From an uncultured Fibrobacterota bacterium (GTDB lineage: Bacteria; Fibrobacterota; CAYVZU01): a DNA stretch of 64,000 bases. The notes beneath the pieces are model-generated. The model saw nothing but the letters and a program-made list of their open reading frames with translations. It did not search any database and was not told where the DNA came from. The stretch is from positions 3,695 through 67,694 of the forward strand of contig CAYVZU010000004.1 of the NCBI GenBank assembly GCA_964455935.1, read 5' to 3'. Of this stretch, positions 29,785 to 39,347 are shown piece after piece; position 1 is the stretch's first letter; every line of letters begins with the position of its first letter. The translations under genes and the position numbers were made by a program.

Positions 29785-30453
29785 ATGGACCGCTATATCG
29801 TGATTGGACTGGGCGTCTTCGGCCGCAACCTGGCATTGAAGCTGATGGAGCGAGGGGCTGAAGTGGTGGCCGTTGATTCTAAGATGGAGTTGATCGAGCA
29901 GATCAGCGACAAAGTCACTTACGCCGCGTGCCTCGATGCCACGGACGAGAAGTCACTGCAGGGCCTAAACCTGGGTGAATTTGAAGCGGCGGCGGTATGC
30001 ATCGGCGAAGACTTCGAGGCCAATCTCCTGACATGCGTGTTGCTCAAACAGAATGGCGTGCCCCGGGTTGTGACACGGGCCTCCAATCCCACGCACGTTA
30101 AAATTCTGAAGGCAGTTGGCATCGATCAAATCATTACGCCCGAAGTGGAAGCCGCCGAGCGGCTGGCCAACAGCTTGATCCATGCGCGTCTGCTGGATCT
30201 TACGGTGATCGGCGACACAACGGCAATCGCAAAAGTGGCCGCGCCCCCGGCCTTTGTGGGAAAAACCATCGAGAGCCTGAAGCTGCGGACCAAATACGGG
30301 GTAAATGTGATTGCGATTCATAAAATGACATCAAAAGACGGCAAAGACACTCGCGAAGAAACCAAAAACGCGAACCCTTCTGCCGAAACCATAATCGAAG
30401 CCAGTGATATTCTGGTTGTCATCGGCGACAGCGCGAATCTGCGCAAGTTGTAG
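29785..30453 (+). CDS. trkA: Trk potassium uptake NAD-binding protein TrkA/KtrA (RCK_N + RCK_C)
   Basis: The start is trimmed to MDRYIVIGLGVFGRNLA, with GxGxxG and RBS AAGGAG. The C-terminus has a TrkA_C domain. Confidence 0.85.
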   Translation: MDRYIVIGLGVFGRNLALKLMERGAEVVAVDSKMELIEQISDKVTYAACLDATDEKSLQGLNLGEFEAAAVCIGEDFEANLLTCVLLKQNGVPRVVTRASNPTHVKILKAVGIDQIITPEVEAAERLANSLIHARLLDLTVIGDTTAIAKVAAPPAFVGKTIESLKLRTKYGVNVIAIHKMTSKDGKDTREETKNANPSAETIIEASDILVVIGDSANLRKL

Positions 30454-30581
30454 CAAGGATGATTTTAGCAGGATTGCGGGATTGGGCCCGTAGATACCGG
30501 ATTTCCATCAATTCCGCAATCATAGAATGGTCCTCCCAAATAGGATTATGACCGTCCGTTTGTTTTGAAGGAAAGAGCTGT

Positions 30582-30677
30582 ATGGAAAACTGCATTTTCT
30601 GCAAAATTGCGCAGAAGAAAATTCCATCAAATTTGATTTACTATGAATTTCGCAGTAGCATGCGCGGCGGAGTTTAA
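30582..30677 (+). pseudogene. Truncated HIT-family (histidine triad) gene remnant, N-terminal 31 codons only
   Basis: MENCIFCKIAQKKIPSNLIYYEF matches the HIT N-terminus (ENCIFCKI...IPS..VYED), then TAA. The histidine-triad region is absent. The 3' end of the opposite-strand methyltransferase gene occupies the site. RBS GAAGGAAAGAG lies upstream. Confidence 0.4.
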
Positions 30678-30689
30678 GGTATCGTAGAA

Positions 30690-31355
30690 CTATTGCCTAT
30701 ATCGGCAAATGATTACAAACTGGTAGGTAAATTCGATCGGCAGCAAGTTGACAATGGCCAATGCGAGTCTCTTGGGAATGCCCAGGATGCCCCGGTCAAG
30801 CCAACCAGGTCCCACGTCGGAATAGCAGGATTCGGGGTGAAACCCATTCTCGGCGAACAGCTTCTTCCACTCGTTGAATGACCTGGGCGTCTCGTGAATT
30901 TGGCCCGTGCCGTTGAGATAGCGGAAGAGAGGGAACCGGCTGTTGGGCACGACCAAACAGACCTTGGCGCCCGTCTTCAGCGTTCGCCCGGCTTCTTGCA
31001 GGGCTGCCTTTGGATTGGGAAAGTGCTCTAAGGTTCCCATGAACAGGGCTTTGTCAAACGATCCGTTTCGGAAGGGCAGACATTCGGAATTTGCCTGAAC
31101 GCTGGTTACGCCGATTTTGTGAGCGCAGCGGGCAGCTCCATACGAGAGATCGATTCCAACAGCTTTTCCACCCGCTTCCAAGACATGGGAACTTGTTCCT
31201 CCAAATCCGCACCCGACATCCAACACTCTCTCTCCGCTTCGAAACGGTATTCCTCTTAAATTGCTCCGTATTCGCCGAGGATTGTTTCTGAATTTCGCAT
31301 TTCCCTCCGTATAGCAGCTTTCGTAGTATTCGCGCGCTGTTTTCTGGAGTTTCAT
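30690..31355 (-). CDS. Class I SAM-dependent methyltransferase
   Basis: The SAM motif I is VLDVGCGFGG. The start is trimmed to MKLQKTAREYY. It has a 4-nt overlap with the upstream flippase-like gene. Confidence 0.7.
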   Translation of the reverse strand: MKLQKTAREYYESCYTEGNAKFRNNPRRIRSNLRGIPFRSGERVLDVGCGFGGTSSHVLEAGGKAVGIDLSYGAARCAHKIGVTSVQANSECLPFRNGSFDKALFMGTLEHFPNPKAALQEAGRTLKTGAKVCLVVPNSRFPLFRYLNGTGQIHETPRSFNEWKKLFAENGFHPESCYSDVGPGWLDRGILGIPKRLALAIVNLLPIEFTYQFVIICRYRQ

Positions 31356-32320
31356 AACCGTGTCCTCCCCAAGGGTCGAATCAACAGCGGGATGCCGCCG
31401 ATTACTTTTAGAAGGCTCGAGAGCAAAGTGAAAACCACGTAGACCCCAATCGCCTCGCCAGGCAGTCCCATTTGCCGGAACATCAAGGCGCTGAGGCTCT
31501 CCCGCACCCCAATTCCGCTGGGCGTAAGAGCCGCGCCAACCGATAGGATCTCGATGAGAGGAATGTAGGCGAAGCATTCATTGAAGTAGAACCTGCCTGT
31601 AATGCCCCGAATCAGAAAACAGGACGCAATGGCAACGAGCGCTTGAATGGCGACACTCACACCAAACACGACAAGGAGCGCAGGGCTTTTTGTCCGAAAC
31701 CGATAAACGCCCTCGCGGATGCGATCGGCGAAGCCGAAGATACGCGCCGGCAAGAGCCTCCGAAGGATGGATCGAAAAGGCCTTGTCAGCGCCTTACTAA
31801 ACGAGAACGCGAAGAGGGCCGTCATGAGACCCGCAATTAGAACTATCAAAATAAGAAGACCTTTTGGCGGACCGGAATGGAACAGGGAGGCCAATCCATA
31901 AAGCGAACAGGCAAGCAGGCTGGCAATTCCCAATACGCGGCAAACCCAGGTTGCCCCCCAGGAAACCGAATAATCTATGTTGCGAGAGATCAGCACCGTT
32001 CGGACGATGTCTTGCGCACTGCTTGGAAGAACCACCGAATAGAACTGGCCTACAAAATGAGCGTACAACGCCCGGGCAGCGGAAAGGTCCGGGGCAAAGG
32101 CGCGCAGAAGGATCCACCAGCGCACCCCTTGGAGCGTCATGGCGATGATCAGAAGGCCCAAAAACAGAGCTGCCGTCCAAAGGGCGGTCTGTTCGAAAGC
32201 TCCCCTCAATGATTTTGCCGGGATCTGGTAGTAGACCCAGCCCAAAGCCAAGGCAGCCAAACCATAGCGTAATACCAGGATGGCTCGTTTTTTGGTAATC
32301 GCCTGCAAGGCGGGCACCAC
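31352..32320 (-). CDS. Lysylphosphatidylglycerol-synthase-TM-like / flippase-like membrane protein (UPF0104)
   Basis: A 322-aa protein with about 8 TMs and Arg-rich loops. Its pattern is like the LPG_synthase_TM flippase-like domain. Confidence 0.55.
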   Translation of the reverse strand: MVPALQAITKKRAILVLRYGLAALALGWVYYQIPAKSLRGAFEQTALWTAALFLGLLIIAMTLQGVRWWILLRAFAPDLSAARALYAHFVGQFYSVVLPSSAQDIVRTVLISRNIDYSVSWGATWVCRVLGIASLLACSLYGLASLFHSGPPKGLLILIVLIAGLMTALFAFSFSKALTRPFRSILRRLLPARIFGFADRIREGVYRFRTKSPALLVVFGVSVAIQALVAIASCFLIRGITGRFYFNECFAYIPLIEILSVGAALTPSGIGVRESLSALMFRQMGLPGEAIGVYVVFTLLSSLLKVIGGIPLLIRPLGRTRL

Positions 32321-32388
32321 CGTCGGAAAGAGGGAAATTTGTTATATTTACGGTTCCAAAATAATATATAGCCGCAAAGGACGGACTT

Positions 32389-34761
32389 TTGGCAACCAAA
32401 CAAAAAAACAAACGGAACCTCTCCGCGACGTCGCCCAAACAAGGCCTTGAGTCCGGGTCCGGCCTTGTCGGCCGCTGGTGGTTTCCCGCGTGCATCATTC
32501 TGGTTGTGGCATGCCTTTTTTACGCCCCTTTTCTATTCTCCGACGAAATGCTCTCTTGCTCGGACCAAATCACCTCGCTTGACAGCAAGGTCTTGTACCA
32601 GAACGAGCTTCACCATTTTCGTTTCCCGCTTTGGACCTCAACCCGGTTATCCGGCATGCCCACGGTCGACGCCATGTTTGGCGATGCCTTTTATCCGGTG
32701 AATGTTGTCTTCAATTTTCTTTTTTCCGTTCCTCGCCTCATAGGGTACAAGATCTTTCTCCATGTCTTCCTGGCCGGGCTGTTCGCATCTTTGATGTTCG
32801 AAAAAGGGTTCCGGCTCGAACGGCGCATTGCCCTGCTGGGCGGGCTGCTTTACATGCTCAACGCGGAGTTTGTGTCGCATACCTATCCGGGCCACGACGG
32901 CAAGATGTATGTGATTTCGCTGCTGCCGCTGTGCATCTGGATGCTCGAACGGCTTATTGAAAAGCCCACGCTGCGCAACAGCGCCCTGTTTGGGCTTCCC
33001 ATTGGCTTGAGCCTTCTCACCTCGCACATTCAGATGACTTATTTCGTGCTCTGGGGGCTTTTTGCCTACATGGTGTTCCGTGTCGTTTTCATCATCCGCG
33101 ATAAAAAGGCCGTGCGGCCGGCGGTTCCGGTATTCTCCTTCTTCTGGGTTGGGGTGGCCCTGGGCCTGGGATTGGGGATGATCCAGTTCCTTGCTCCTTA
33201 CATGTTTGTCCAGGAAGGTCTCTCGGTGCGCGGCCCGGAAAAGGGCTTTGAGTATGCGGCAAGCTGGTCGCTGCATCCGGAGGAAGCGGCTTCGCTGTGG
33301 GTACCCGAATTCGGCAATACGCTCGAAAATTACTGGGGTCGCAACTACTTCAAACTCAACACGGAATACGTGGGGCTGGTCTCCACCATGCTCTTTGTAT
33401 TTTCGCTGATCGTTCTTGCGGACCGGACCAAGCTCTTCTGGATGGGCGCCGGCCTGTTCGGGCTGTTTTACAGCCTGGGCGCCCATACGCCGTTGTTCCG
33501 CCTCTGCTACGAATTGATTCCCGGCGTAAAAAGTTTCCGCGGGCCCAGCATGCTTATGCTCTGGTTCGCCTTTGGCCTGGTTATGGTTGCGGCAACCGGC
33601 CTTTCCCAGTTTCTAAAGGAGTCGCCGGCCTGGCCGCATGAACGCAAGGAGCGGATCATAAAGCGATTGCTGTACGCCGCCGGCGGCGTCTTGGGCCTTT
33701 GCGTTGTGTTGAGCATTGCGGGCGATGCCGTGCAGTCGATCTGGCGCTCGATCTTCTATGGCGATATGACAGCCGAAAAGGCGCAGATCATGGCGGCCAA
33801 TTATCCGAATTTCGTCAAAGGGCTGTGGATCTGGGGCGTTCTAACGGCCGGCTCTCTTTTCGTTCTGCGGATGTATGTGCAGGGACAGCTCAAGGCGGCC
33901 ACACTGGTCTCCATTCTGGCGGTTGTGGCGGTGATTGACCTCTGGCGGGTGGACAGCCGGTTCATTCAGGTTCAGGACCCGTTGGAGTATACAACCCCCG
34001 ATGCGGCTATCATGCAGGTGCGGCGCGATCCCGAGCCCAAGCGGGTCTTCGATCTTCCGGGCAGCTATAACCAAAATTTCGTGGGTAACTTCGGCCTGGA
34101 GAGCGTGGGCGGCTTTCACGACAACGAACTCAAGTGGTATCGCGCATTCCGCGGCGAGAACTCGGCCAATCTCGTCGAGCAGCTTCAGCGCGGAAATGTG
34201 GAGGGCAATCCCTTTCTCAATCTGCTCAACACGAAATACCTGCTTTACAGGCCCGGCCGGGGGCAGGCTGTTAGCGTGATTCCCAATCCCGGCGCTTTGC
34301 CGCGGGTATTTCTTGCGGACCGGTTTGAGATCCTTCCGGAAAGCCTGGCAGTGCAACGGCTCAAAGACCCTGGCTTCGATTATCGCAGAGTGCTGTTGCT
34401 GGAAAAGAAACCCGAAGGCTATACCCCGTCAGCCGATTCCACATCAGCGGGGACGACCGTCTACCGGAAAGTCTCGTCCAACCGGTTCCAGGTTCAGGTG
34501 GCCGCGTCACGATCCAGTCTGCTCTTTGTGAGCGAAGTGTTCTATCCCGGCTGGCAGGCCGCGATCAACGGCGCGCGTTCGGAGATCTATCGGGCCGATG
34601 GTGCATTGATGGCCGTTGTTGTCCCGGCCGGGAAATCGACCGTGGACTTCACAATCCATTCGCGCTACCTGAAGATTGGGACGGCGGTCTCGGCTGTTTC
34701 GCTCGTTCTTTTGCTTGGCATTCTCTTTGTTCCCGGCTTGAAAAGACATGATGACCTGTAA
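32389..34761 (+). CDS. YfhO-family membrane glycosyltransferase (GT-C-like)
   Basis: A 790-aa protein with about 12 N-terminal TMs, a large C-terminal extracytoplasmic domain with the VSEVFYPGWQAAINGA motif, and a terminal TM. This architecture matches YfhO. Confidence 0.7.
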   Translation: MATKQKNKRNLSATSPKQGLESGSGLVGRWWFPACIILVVACLFYAPFLFSDEMLSCSDQITSLDSKVLYQNELHHFRFPLWTSTRLSGMPTVDAMFGDAFYPVNVVFNFLFSVPRLIGYKIFLHVFLAGLFASLMFEKGFRLERRIALLGGLLYMLNAEFVSHTYPGHDGKMYVISLLPLCIWMLERLIEKPTLRNSALFGLPIGLSLLTSHIQMTYFVLWGLFAYMVFRVVFIIRDKKAVRPAVPVFSFFWVGVALGLGLGMIQFLAPYMFVQEGLSVRGPEKGFEYAASWSLHPEEAASLWVPEFGNTLENYWGRNYFKLNTEYVGLVSTMLFVFSLIVLADRTKLFWMGAGLFGLFYSLGAHTPLFRLCYELIPGVKSFRGPSMLMLWFAFGLVMVAATGLSQFLKESPAWPHERKERIIKRLLYAAGGVLGLCVVLSIAGDAVQSIWRSIFYGDMTAEKAQIMAANYPNFVKGLWIWGVLTAGSLFVLRMYVQGQLKAATLVSILAVVAVIDLWRVDSRFIQVQDPLEYTTPDAAIMQVRRDPEPKRVFDLPGSYNQNFVGNFGLESVGGFHDNELKWYRAFRGENSANLVEQLQRGNVEGNPFLNLLNTKYLLYRPGRGQAVSVIPNPGALPRVFLADRFEILPESLAVQRLKDPGFDYRRVLLLEKKPEGYTPSADSTSAGTTVYRKVSSNRFQVQVAASRSSLLFVSEVFYPGWQAAINGARSEIYRADGALMAVVVPAGKSTVDFTIHSRYLKIGTAVSAVSLVLLLGILFVPGLKRHDDL

Positions 34762-34895
34762 AGACTTTACCAGTGCAGCCGCTCAGCCTCAAGCGGTTGC
34801 CTGCCTGGGTGTGCCATGGCTGCCCCCGGCCATGAACACGGTCCAGGAGGACCGTGCCATACGGACCCGACGTCACCCGGAATACGAGTAGCCGG

Positions 34896-35798
34896 ATGGA
34901 TTTTCGCAAAACCGTCCTGATCACGGGCGCCAACGGGCTGCTGGGCCAGAACCTGGCGGCTGCCTATTGCGACGCCCCGAAGCTGGTGATGAGCGATCTT
35001 CATCCCGCAAGCGCCGTTTCCCCGGCCGGAAATAGTTCCTATGTTCAGGCGGATCTTGCCGATTCGGCTCAGGTCCAAAACCTGGTCCATGCCGCCAAAC
35101 CCGATCTGATCCTGCATGCCGCTGCCATGACCAACGTGGATGCCTGCGAGGACCAGCCCCAGGCGGCGCACAAGGCGAATGTGACGGCGACACAAAATCT
35201 GGTCTCGGCGTCGCCGGACGGGAGTCGTTTCATCTATCTCTCCACGGACTATGTATTTGATGGCCGGAACGGCCCTTACCGGGAAGAGGATAGCCCCAAT
35301 CCGCTGGGTGTTTACGGGAAGACCAAACTCGAAGGCGAGCGGGTTGTCTCGGCCCTGCCCGACTTCCTGATTGTCAGGACAATTGTCCTTTACGGGACGG
35401 GGCGAAACCTTCGGCCGTTGTTTCCCGATTGGATATTAGGCAAACTTTCCGCGGGAGAACCATTCCGCGTGGTGGACGATCAGACCGGCAATACAACGCT
35501 GGCCAGCAACCTGGCTCGCATCTGCCGCGCTCTTGGCGAAAATGCCCGGCCCGGACTGTATCATGCCGCCGGGGCCGGGATGCTCAGCCGGTTCGAATTT
35601 GCCAGAGCCGTGGCCAGGACATTCGGCTTTCCGGAAAACCTGATCTCCCCCTGCAAAACAAGCGATATTTCCCAGAAGGCGCCGCGTCCGCTGCGCTCGG
35701 GATTTATCCTGGACAAGGTTCGCGATGTGGCCGGCGTGGAGCTTCTTGAGATCAGCGAACAACTGGCGCGCTACAAAGAGGAGAAGCGGCTTGGATAA
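34896..35798 (+). CDS. rmlD: dTDP-4-dehydrorhamnose reductase-like NAD(P)-dependent reductase (RmlD family)
   Basis: The segments VLITGANGLLGQNL, YLSTDYVFDG...GPYREED and NPLGVYGKTKLEGE are characteristic of the RmlD substrate-binding domain. Confidence 0.65.
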   Translation: MDFRKTVLITGANGLLGQNLAAAYCDAPKLVMSDLHPASAVSPAGNSSYVQADLADSAQVQNLVHAAKPDLILHAAAMTNVDACEDQPQAAHKANVTATQNLVSASPDGSRFIYLSTDYVFDGRNGPYREEDSPNPLGVYGKTKLEGERVVSALPDFLIVRTIVLYGTGRNLRPLFPDWILGKLSAGEPFRVVDDQTGNTTLASNLARICRALGENARPGLYHAAGAGMLSRFEFARAVARTFGFPENLISPCKTSDISQKAPRPLRSGFILDKVRDVAGVELLEISEQLARYKEEKRLG

Positions 35799-35814
35799 AA
35801 CGGCGGAGAAGAAC

Positions 35815-36561
35815 GTGGAGAGAATCCTGGTCATTATTCCTACGTACAACGAACGTGAGAACATCGCGGAACTCATTCCGGCGGTCCTGACCAAGAAGCC
35901 GGAATTGGAGGTTCTGGTGGTCGATGATGGCTCGCCCGACGGAACCGCCGAACTTGTCAGCGGGCTTTCGGATCACGAACCGCGCATTCACCTTCTTCGG
36001 CGCAAAGCCAAAGAGGGTTTGGGCCGTGCCTATGTGGCCGGGTTCCGCTATGCCCTGGAGCATGGCTATGACCTGGTGTTTGAAATGGACGCGGACTTTT
36101 CGCACAATCCCAAGTACATTCCCTCCTTTCTCAAGGCCGCCCGCGAGGCAGACCTGGTGATCGGCTCGCGCTATCTTACGGGCGTTAATGTGATCAACTG
36201 GCCCATGTCGCGCCTGTTGCTTAGCTACTTCGCCAACCTGTTTGCCCGGGTTGTGACGGGGTTGCCACTGCGCGACTCGACCGGCGGGTACAAATGCATC
36301 CGACGCATAGTCCTCGAAAGCATCGATCTGGATCGGATCGGTTCGGAAGGCTACTCGTTCCAAATCGAAGTGAACTACAAGGCCTGGAAAATGGGATTTC
36401 GAATCAAGGAAATACCCATCGTATTCTATGAGCGGGCGCGCGGAACCTCGAAGATGTCCACGAAAATCATCCGCGAGGCCCTGCTTCTGGTCTGGAAGAT
36501 GCGCGTGCTTGCGCTCTTTCATCCGATCAAGCCGGTCGGGGAAAAAAGTCGTGAGTCGTGA
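35815..36561 (+). CDS. GT2 polyprenol-phosphate glycosyltransferase (DPM1/CsbB/GtrB-like)
   Basis: ILVIIPTYNE...VVDDGSPDGT...EMDADFSHNP are DPM1-like GT2 motifs. A GTG start is proposed at 35815, with GGAG 6 nt upstream. It is in frame with track ORF 35725. Confidence 0.7.
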   Translation: MERILVIIPTYNERENIAELIPAVLTKKPELEVLVVDDGSPDGTAELVSGLSDHEPRIHLLRRKAKEGLGRAYVAGFRYALEHGYDLVFEMDADFSHNPKYIPSFLKAAREADLVIGSRYLTGVNVINWPMSRLLLSYFANLFARVVTGLPLRDSTGGYKCIRRIVLESIDLDRIGSEGYSFQIEVNYKAWKMGFRIKEIPIVFYERARGTSKMSTKIIREALLLVWKMRVLALFHPIKPVGEKSRES

Positions 36562-36663
36562 GTTCGAGACAGGATGTTGCAGGCAACCGAAGTGCCCCCC
36601 TTTTTTGCTTTGCGGTATTTAATACTGATTAACAACTTGCAATTTACCACTCACGATTAATCT

Positions 36664-38238
36664 ATGCAGCCCAAAATTTCCGTTATCATCGTTACCTACC
36701 AGGTTCAGGCGTACCTCGCACAGTGCCTTAATTCACTGGAAGCGGCTTGCCAGGGCCTGGCCGCGGAGGTCGTGATCGTTGATAACGCTTCCAACGATGG
36801 AACGGCCGAGTTTGTAGCGCAGTCCTATCCCAAGATTCCTCTGATCCGGAATTCCGATAACGTGGGATTTGGCAGGGCCTGCAACCAGGGGGTCCGGCGC
36901 ACAACCGGGGAATACGTCCTCTTTCTAAATCCCGATACGATGGTCCAGAACAGTTCTCTTGCGGAGCTCGCTTCTTTTCTCGATCATCATCCGGACGCCG
37001 GCATCGTGGGTCCGCGTATTCTGGGGCCCGACGGCCGGCTGCAACTGGCCTGTCGGCGCAGCTTTCCGACGCCTGCAGCGGCGCTCTTTCGTTTACTGGG
37101 ATTGAGCCGGCTTTTTCCACGGAGCCGGCGCTTGGGACGCTACAATCTCACGTTCCTCGATCCGGAAATCGAGTCGGAGGTCGATGCGGTTTCCGGTTCG
37201 TGCATGATGGTTCGTCGCAGCGCGCTGGACCGGATTGGCGGGTTTGATGAGGAATTCTTTCTCTACGGAGAAGACCTTGATCTTTGCCACCGCGTCCGAA
37301 CGGCAGGCTGGAAAATCATGTATACGCCCGCCACCCAGATTGTCCACTTCAAAGGACAAAGCGCGCGGCATAATCCGTTGCGGACCCGGCTGGCGTTTTA
37401 CAATGCCATGTTTCTCTTTTCGCGCAAACACGTGGCGGCCCGCCATTCCTTTCTGCCGCGCTGGATCCTGTATGCCGGAATCGCTTTGAATGCCGCGGCC
37501 GGGCTTCTGCGCCTGCCGGGCCGGCACCTGCCTTCCGCCGTCCTGGATCTGGCCCTTCTCAATGCGCTGCTGTTTGGCTTTCTCGAACTCTGGTTCCGTC
37601 ACGTTGGACTAGTCTCGCCCTACGTCGCCCCAAACCGCTATCTTGGGGCCGCTCATCTGACCTTCAGCCTTGTCTGGCTGGGCTGTCTGGGGGTTGGCGG
37701 AGCCTATGGAAGCCGGCGGCAGTGGGTGCTCCGGTCTTTTCGGGCAGGAATGATCGCTTCGCTGCTGACGCTTACCACCGTGTACCTCTTTCGGCAATTC
37801 GCCTTTTCGCGCGCCGCTTTTACGCTGACATCCCTTTTCAGCGTGGCGGCTCTTCCGGGGTGGCGCTGGCTGGTGGACCGGGCCGGGGCCAAGGGCCTTT
37901 TGGCGCCCGAGCATCACGTTTTGGTCGTTGGCGATTCAGCGCAAGTGGCACTGGCCATCCAATCCCTGCGCGGCCCGGCTCATTTGCGAATCAGCTATCT
38001 CGCGCCAGAGGCAGATTGCCATGTTTTCGCCGAACACCTGGGCGCGGCGTCCGCGATTCAAGACATCCTGCGCGCCCGGCGAATCGATGAACTAATCTGT
38101 TTTGAAAACGCGGTTCCCTACACGCAAATTATCGAGATCATCGCTGCCAAGCACAAGGTGCGCCCGCTGATCCGGCTGGCTTCGAAATCGCCCGATGGAC
38201 GTCTGCTGATGGCGGAACTGGGACAAACCGCGGAATAA
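36664..38238 (+). CDS. GT2 glycosyltransferase with C-terminal multi-TM domain
   Basis: ISVIIVTYQV...VIVDNASNDGT...DEEFFLYGEDLDLCHR is a GT2 rhamnosyltransferase-like catalytic domain. The C-terminal half is polytopic. Confidence 0.7.
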   Translation: MQPKISVIIVTYQVQAYLAQCLNSLEAACQGLAAEVVIVDNASNDGTAEFVAQSYPKIPLIRNSDNVGFGRACNQGVRRTTGEYVLFLNPDTMVQNSSLAELASFLDHHPDAGIVGPRILGPDGRLQLACRRSFPTPAAALFRLLGLSRLFPRSRRLGRYNLTFLDPEIESEVDAVSGSCMMVRRSALDRIGGFDEEFFLYGEDLDLCHRVRTAGWKIMYTPATQIVHFKGQSARHNPLRTRLAFYNAMFLFSRKHVAARHSFLPRWILYAGIALNAAAGLLRLPGRHLPSAVLDLALLNALLFGFLELWFRHVGLVSPYVAPNRYLGAAHLTFSLVWLGCLGVGGAYGSRRQWVLRSFRAGMIASLLTLTTVYLFRQFAFSRAAFTLTSLFSVAALPGWRWLVDRAGAKGLLAPEHHVLVVGDSAQVALAIQSLRGPAHLRISYLAPEADCHVFAEHLGAASAIQDILRARRIDELICFENAVPYTQIIEIIAAKHKVRPLIRLASKSPDGRLLMAELGQTAE

Positions 38239-38377
38239 GAAATAGTTGTCAGTTCGCGGTTCGCAGTTCTCGGTGGGGCAAGGCCGCAAAGTGATGCGCT
38301 GTTTTGCTTTGATCCTGTTCCCCTGCGGTCCCAACCGACAACTGAAAACCAAAAACGGAGGTAACCACACAGGTCCC

Positions 38378-38513
38378 CATGAAACCACAGAGAGAAATCC
38401 GAGTTAAGAATGAGAACACAGAGGGAATCCTTCTGGCGCGCACCGCGCCGGAGTGGATCTTTTCCCCCTCTGTGTCCTCTTCTCCGGCCTCAGTGTTTCT
38501 CTGTGGTTTCATG
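38378..38513. repeat. Nested imperfect palindrome (about 136 bp) intergenic element, copy A
   Basis: The outer arms are CATGAAACCACAGAGA (38378-38393) and TCTCTGTGGTTTCATG (38498-38513). The inner arms are CACAGAGGG (38417-38425) and CCCTCTGTG (38466-38474). The central hairpin is GGCGCG-cac-CGCGCC (38435-38449). Confidence 0.5.
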
Positions 38514-38557
38514 ATTTTTTCGAGAGACGTGAGTAGTTACAAACGAAGAACTCTGAA

Positions 38558-39235
38558 ATGATTGTTCTGCTTTGGGACATCGATGGAACGCTGGTTCGCA
38601 CCGGAGGGGCCGGGATGGCGGCCCTTACCAATGCCGCGGCCCGGTTCACCGGCAGGCAGGAAGACCTTTCCAGCATCAACCTGGCCGGAAGCATGGACGG
38701 AGATGTCTTTGAAAAAGTATGCGCGCCGCGCGGCATCGACGTGCAGGCCCTGACAGCCGCATACCTCGAGGAGTTGCCTTTATGCCTGGCACGGGCGAGC
38801 GGGCTTGTTCCGCCCGGCGTCCACGCGATGCTCGAAATCACGCATGCATCCGCGCAATTCTGCAATGGGCTTCTGACCGGGAACCTGCGTCAGGGCGCCG
38901 AGATGAAGCTGCGCCATTACGGGATCTGGGACTATTTCCGGTTTGGCGCGTTTGGCGACGAGGGCCGCCTGCGCGCGGATCTGGGCCCTGTGGCCATGAA
39001 GAAAGCCTCCCGCCACACCGGTCTTGCGCTTTTGCCCGAGTCGTTCTGGATCATTGGCGACACGCCGCGCGATGTGGCATGCGCGCGCGCCTGCGGGTTC
39101 CGCTGCCTGGCCGTGGGGACCGGGGTCAGCCCCGCCGAGGAAATCCGGGCGGCAGGACCGGATGCCTTCTTTCCCGATCTGTCGGATACGGAAGAAGTGA
39201 TAAAGGTGCTGAACGAAAAACCAGTTAGTAGATAG
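38558..39235 (+). CDS. HAD-superfamily hydrolase (HAD-IA, phosphatase-like)
   Basis: WDIDGTLV is motif I (DxDGT). IGDTPRDVACARACG is motif IV. Confidence 0.75.
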   Translation: MIVLLWDIDGTLVRTGGAGMAALTNAAARFTGRQEDLSSINLAGSMDGDVFEKVCAPRGIDVQALTAAYLEELPLCLARASGLVPPGVHAMLEITHASAQFCNGLLTGNLRQGAEMKLRHYGIWDYFRFGAFGDEGRLRADLGPVAMKKASRHTGLALLPESFWIIGDTPRDVACARACGFRCLAVGTGVSPAEEIRAAGPDAFFPDLSDTEEVIKVLNEKPVSR

Positions 39236-39347
39236 GAATTGGTAGATTGCAGTCAAGAATTTTGGGGCAAATCAGAGCAGAAGCACTCAGAATTTTCCGA
39301 AACCACTAATTCTTATCTACTATCTACAAACTCCCAATTTCCCCGTT

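Noticed and set aside
39222-39327. 9-bp inverted repeat TAGTAGATA / TATCTACTA between convergent HAD and MBL genes
   Set aside because: It is short, AT-rich and 80 nt apart. It could be a weak terminator but is within chance expectation, so it is noted only.
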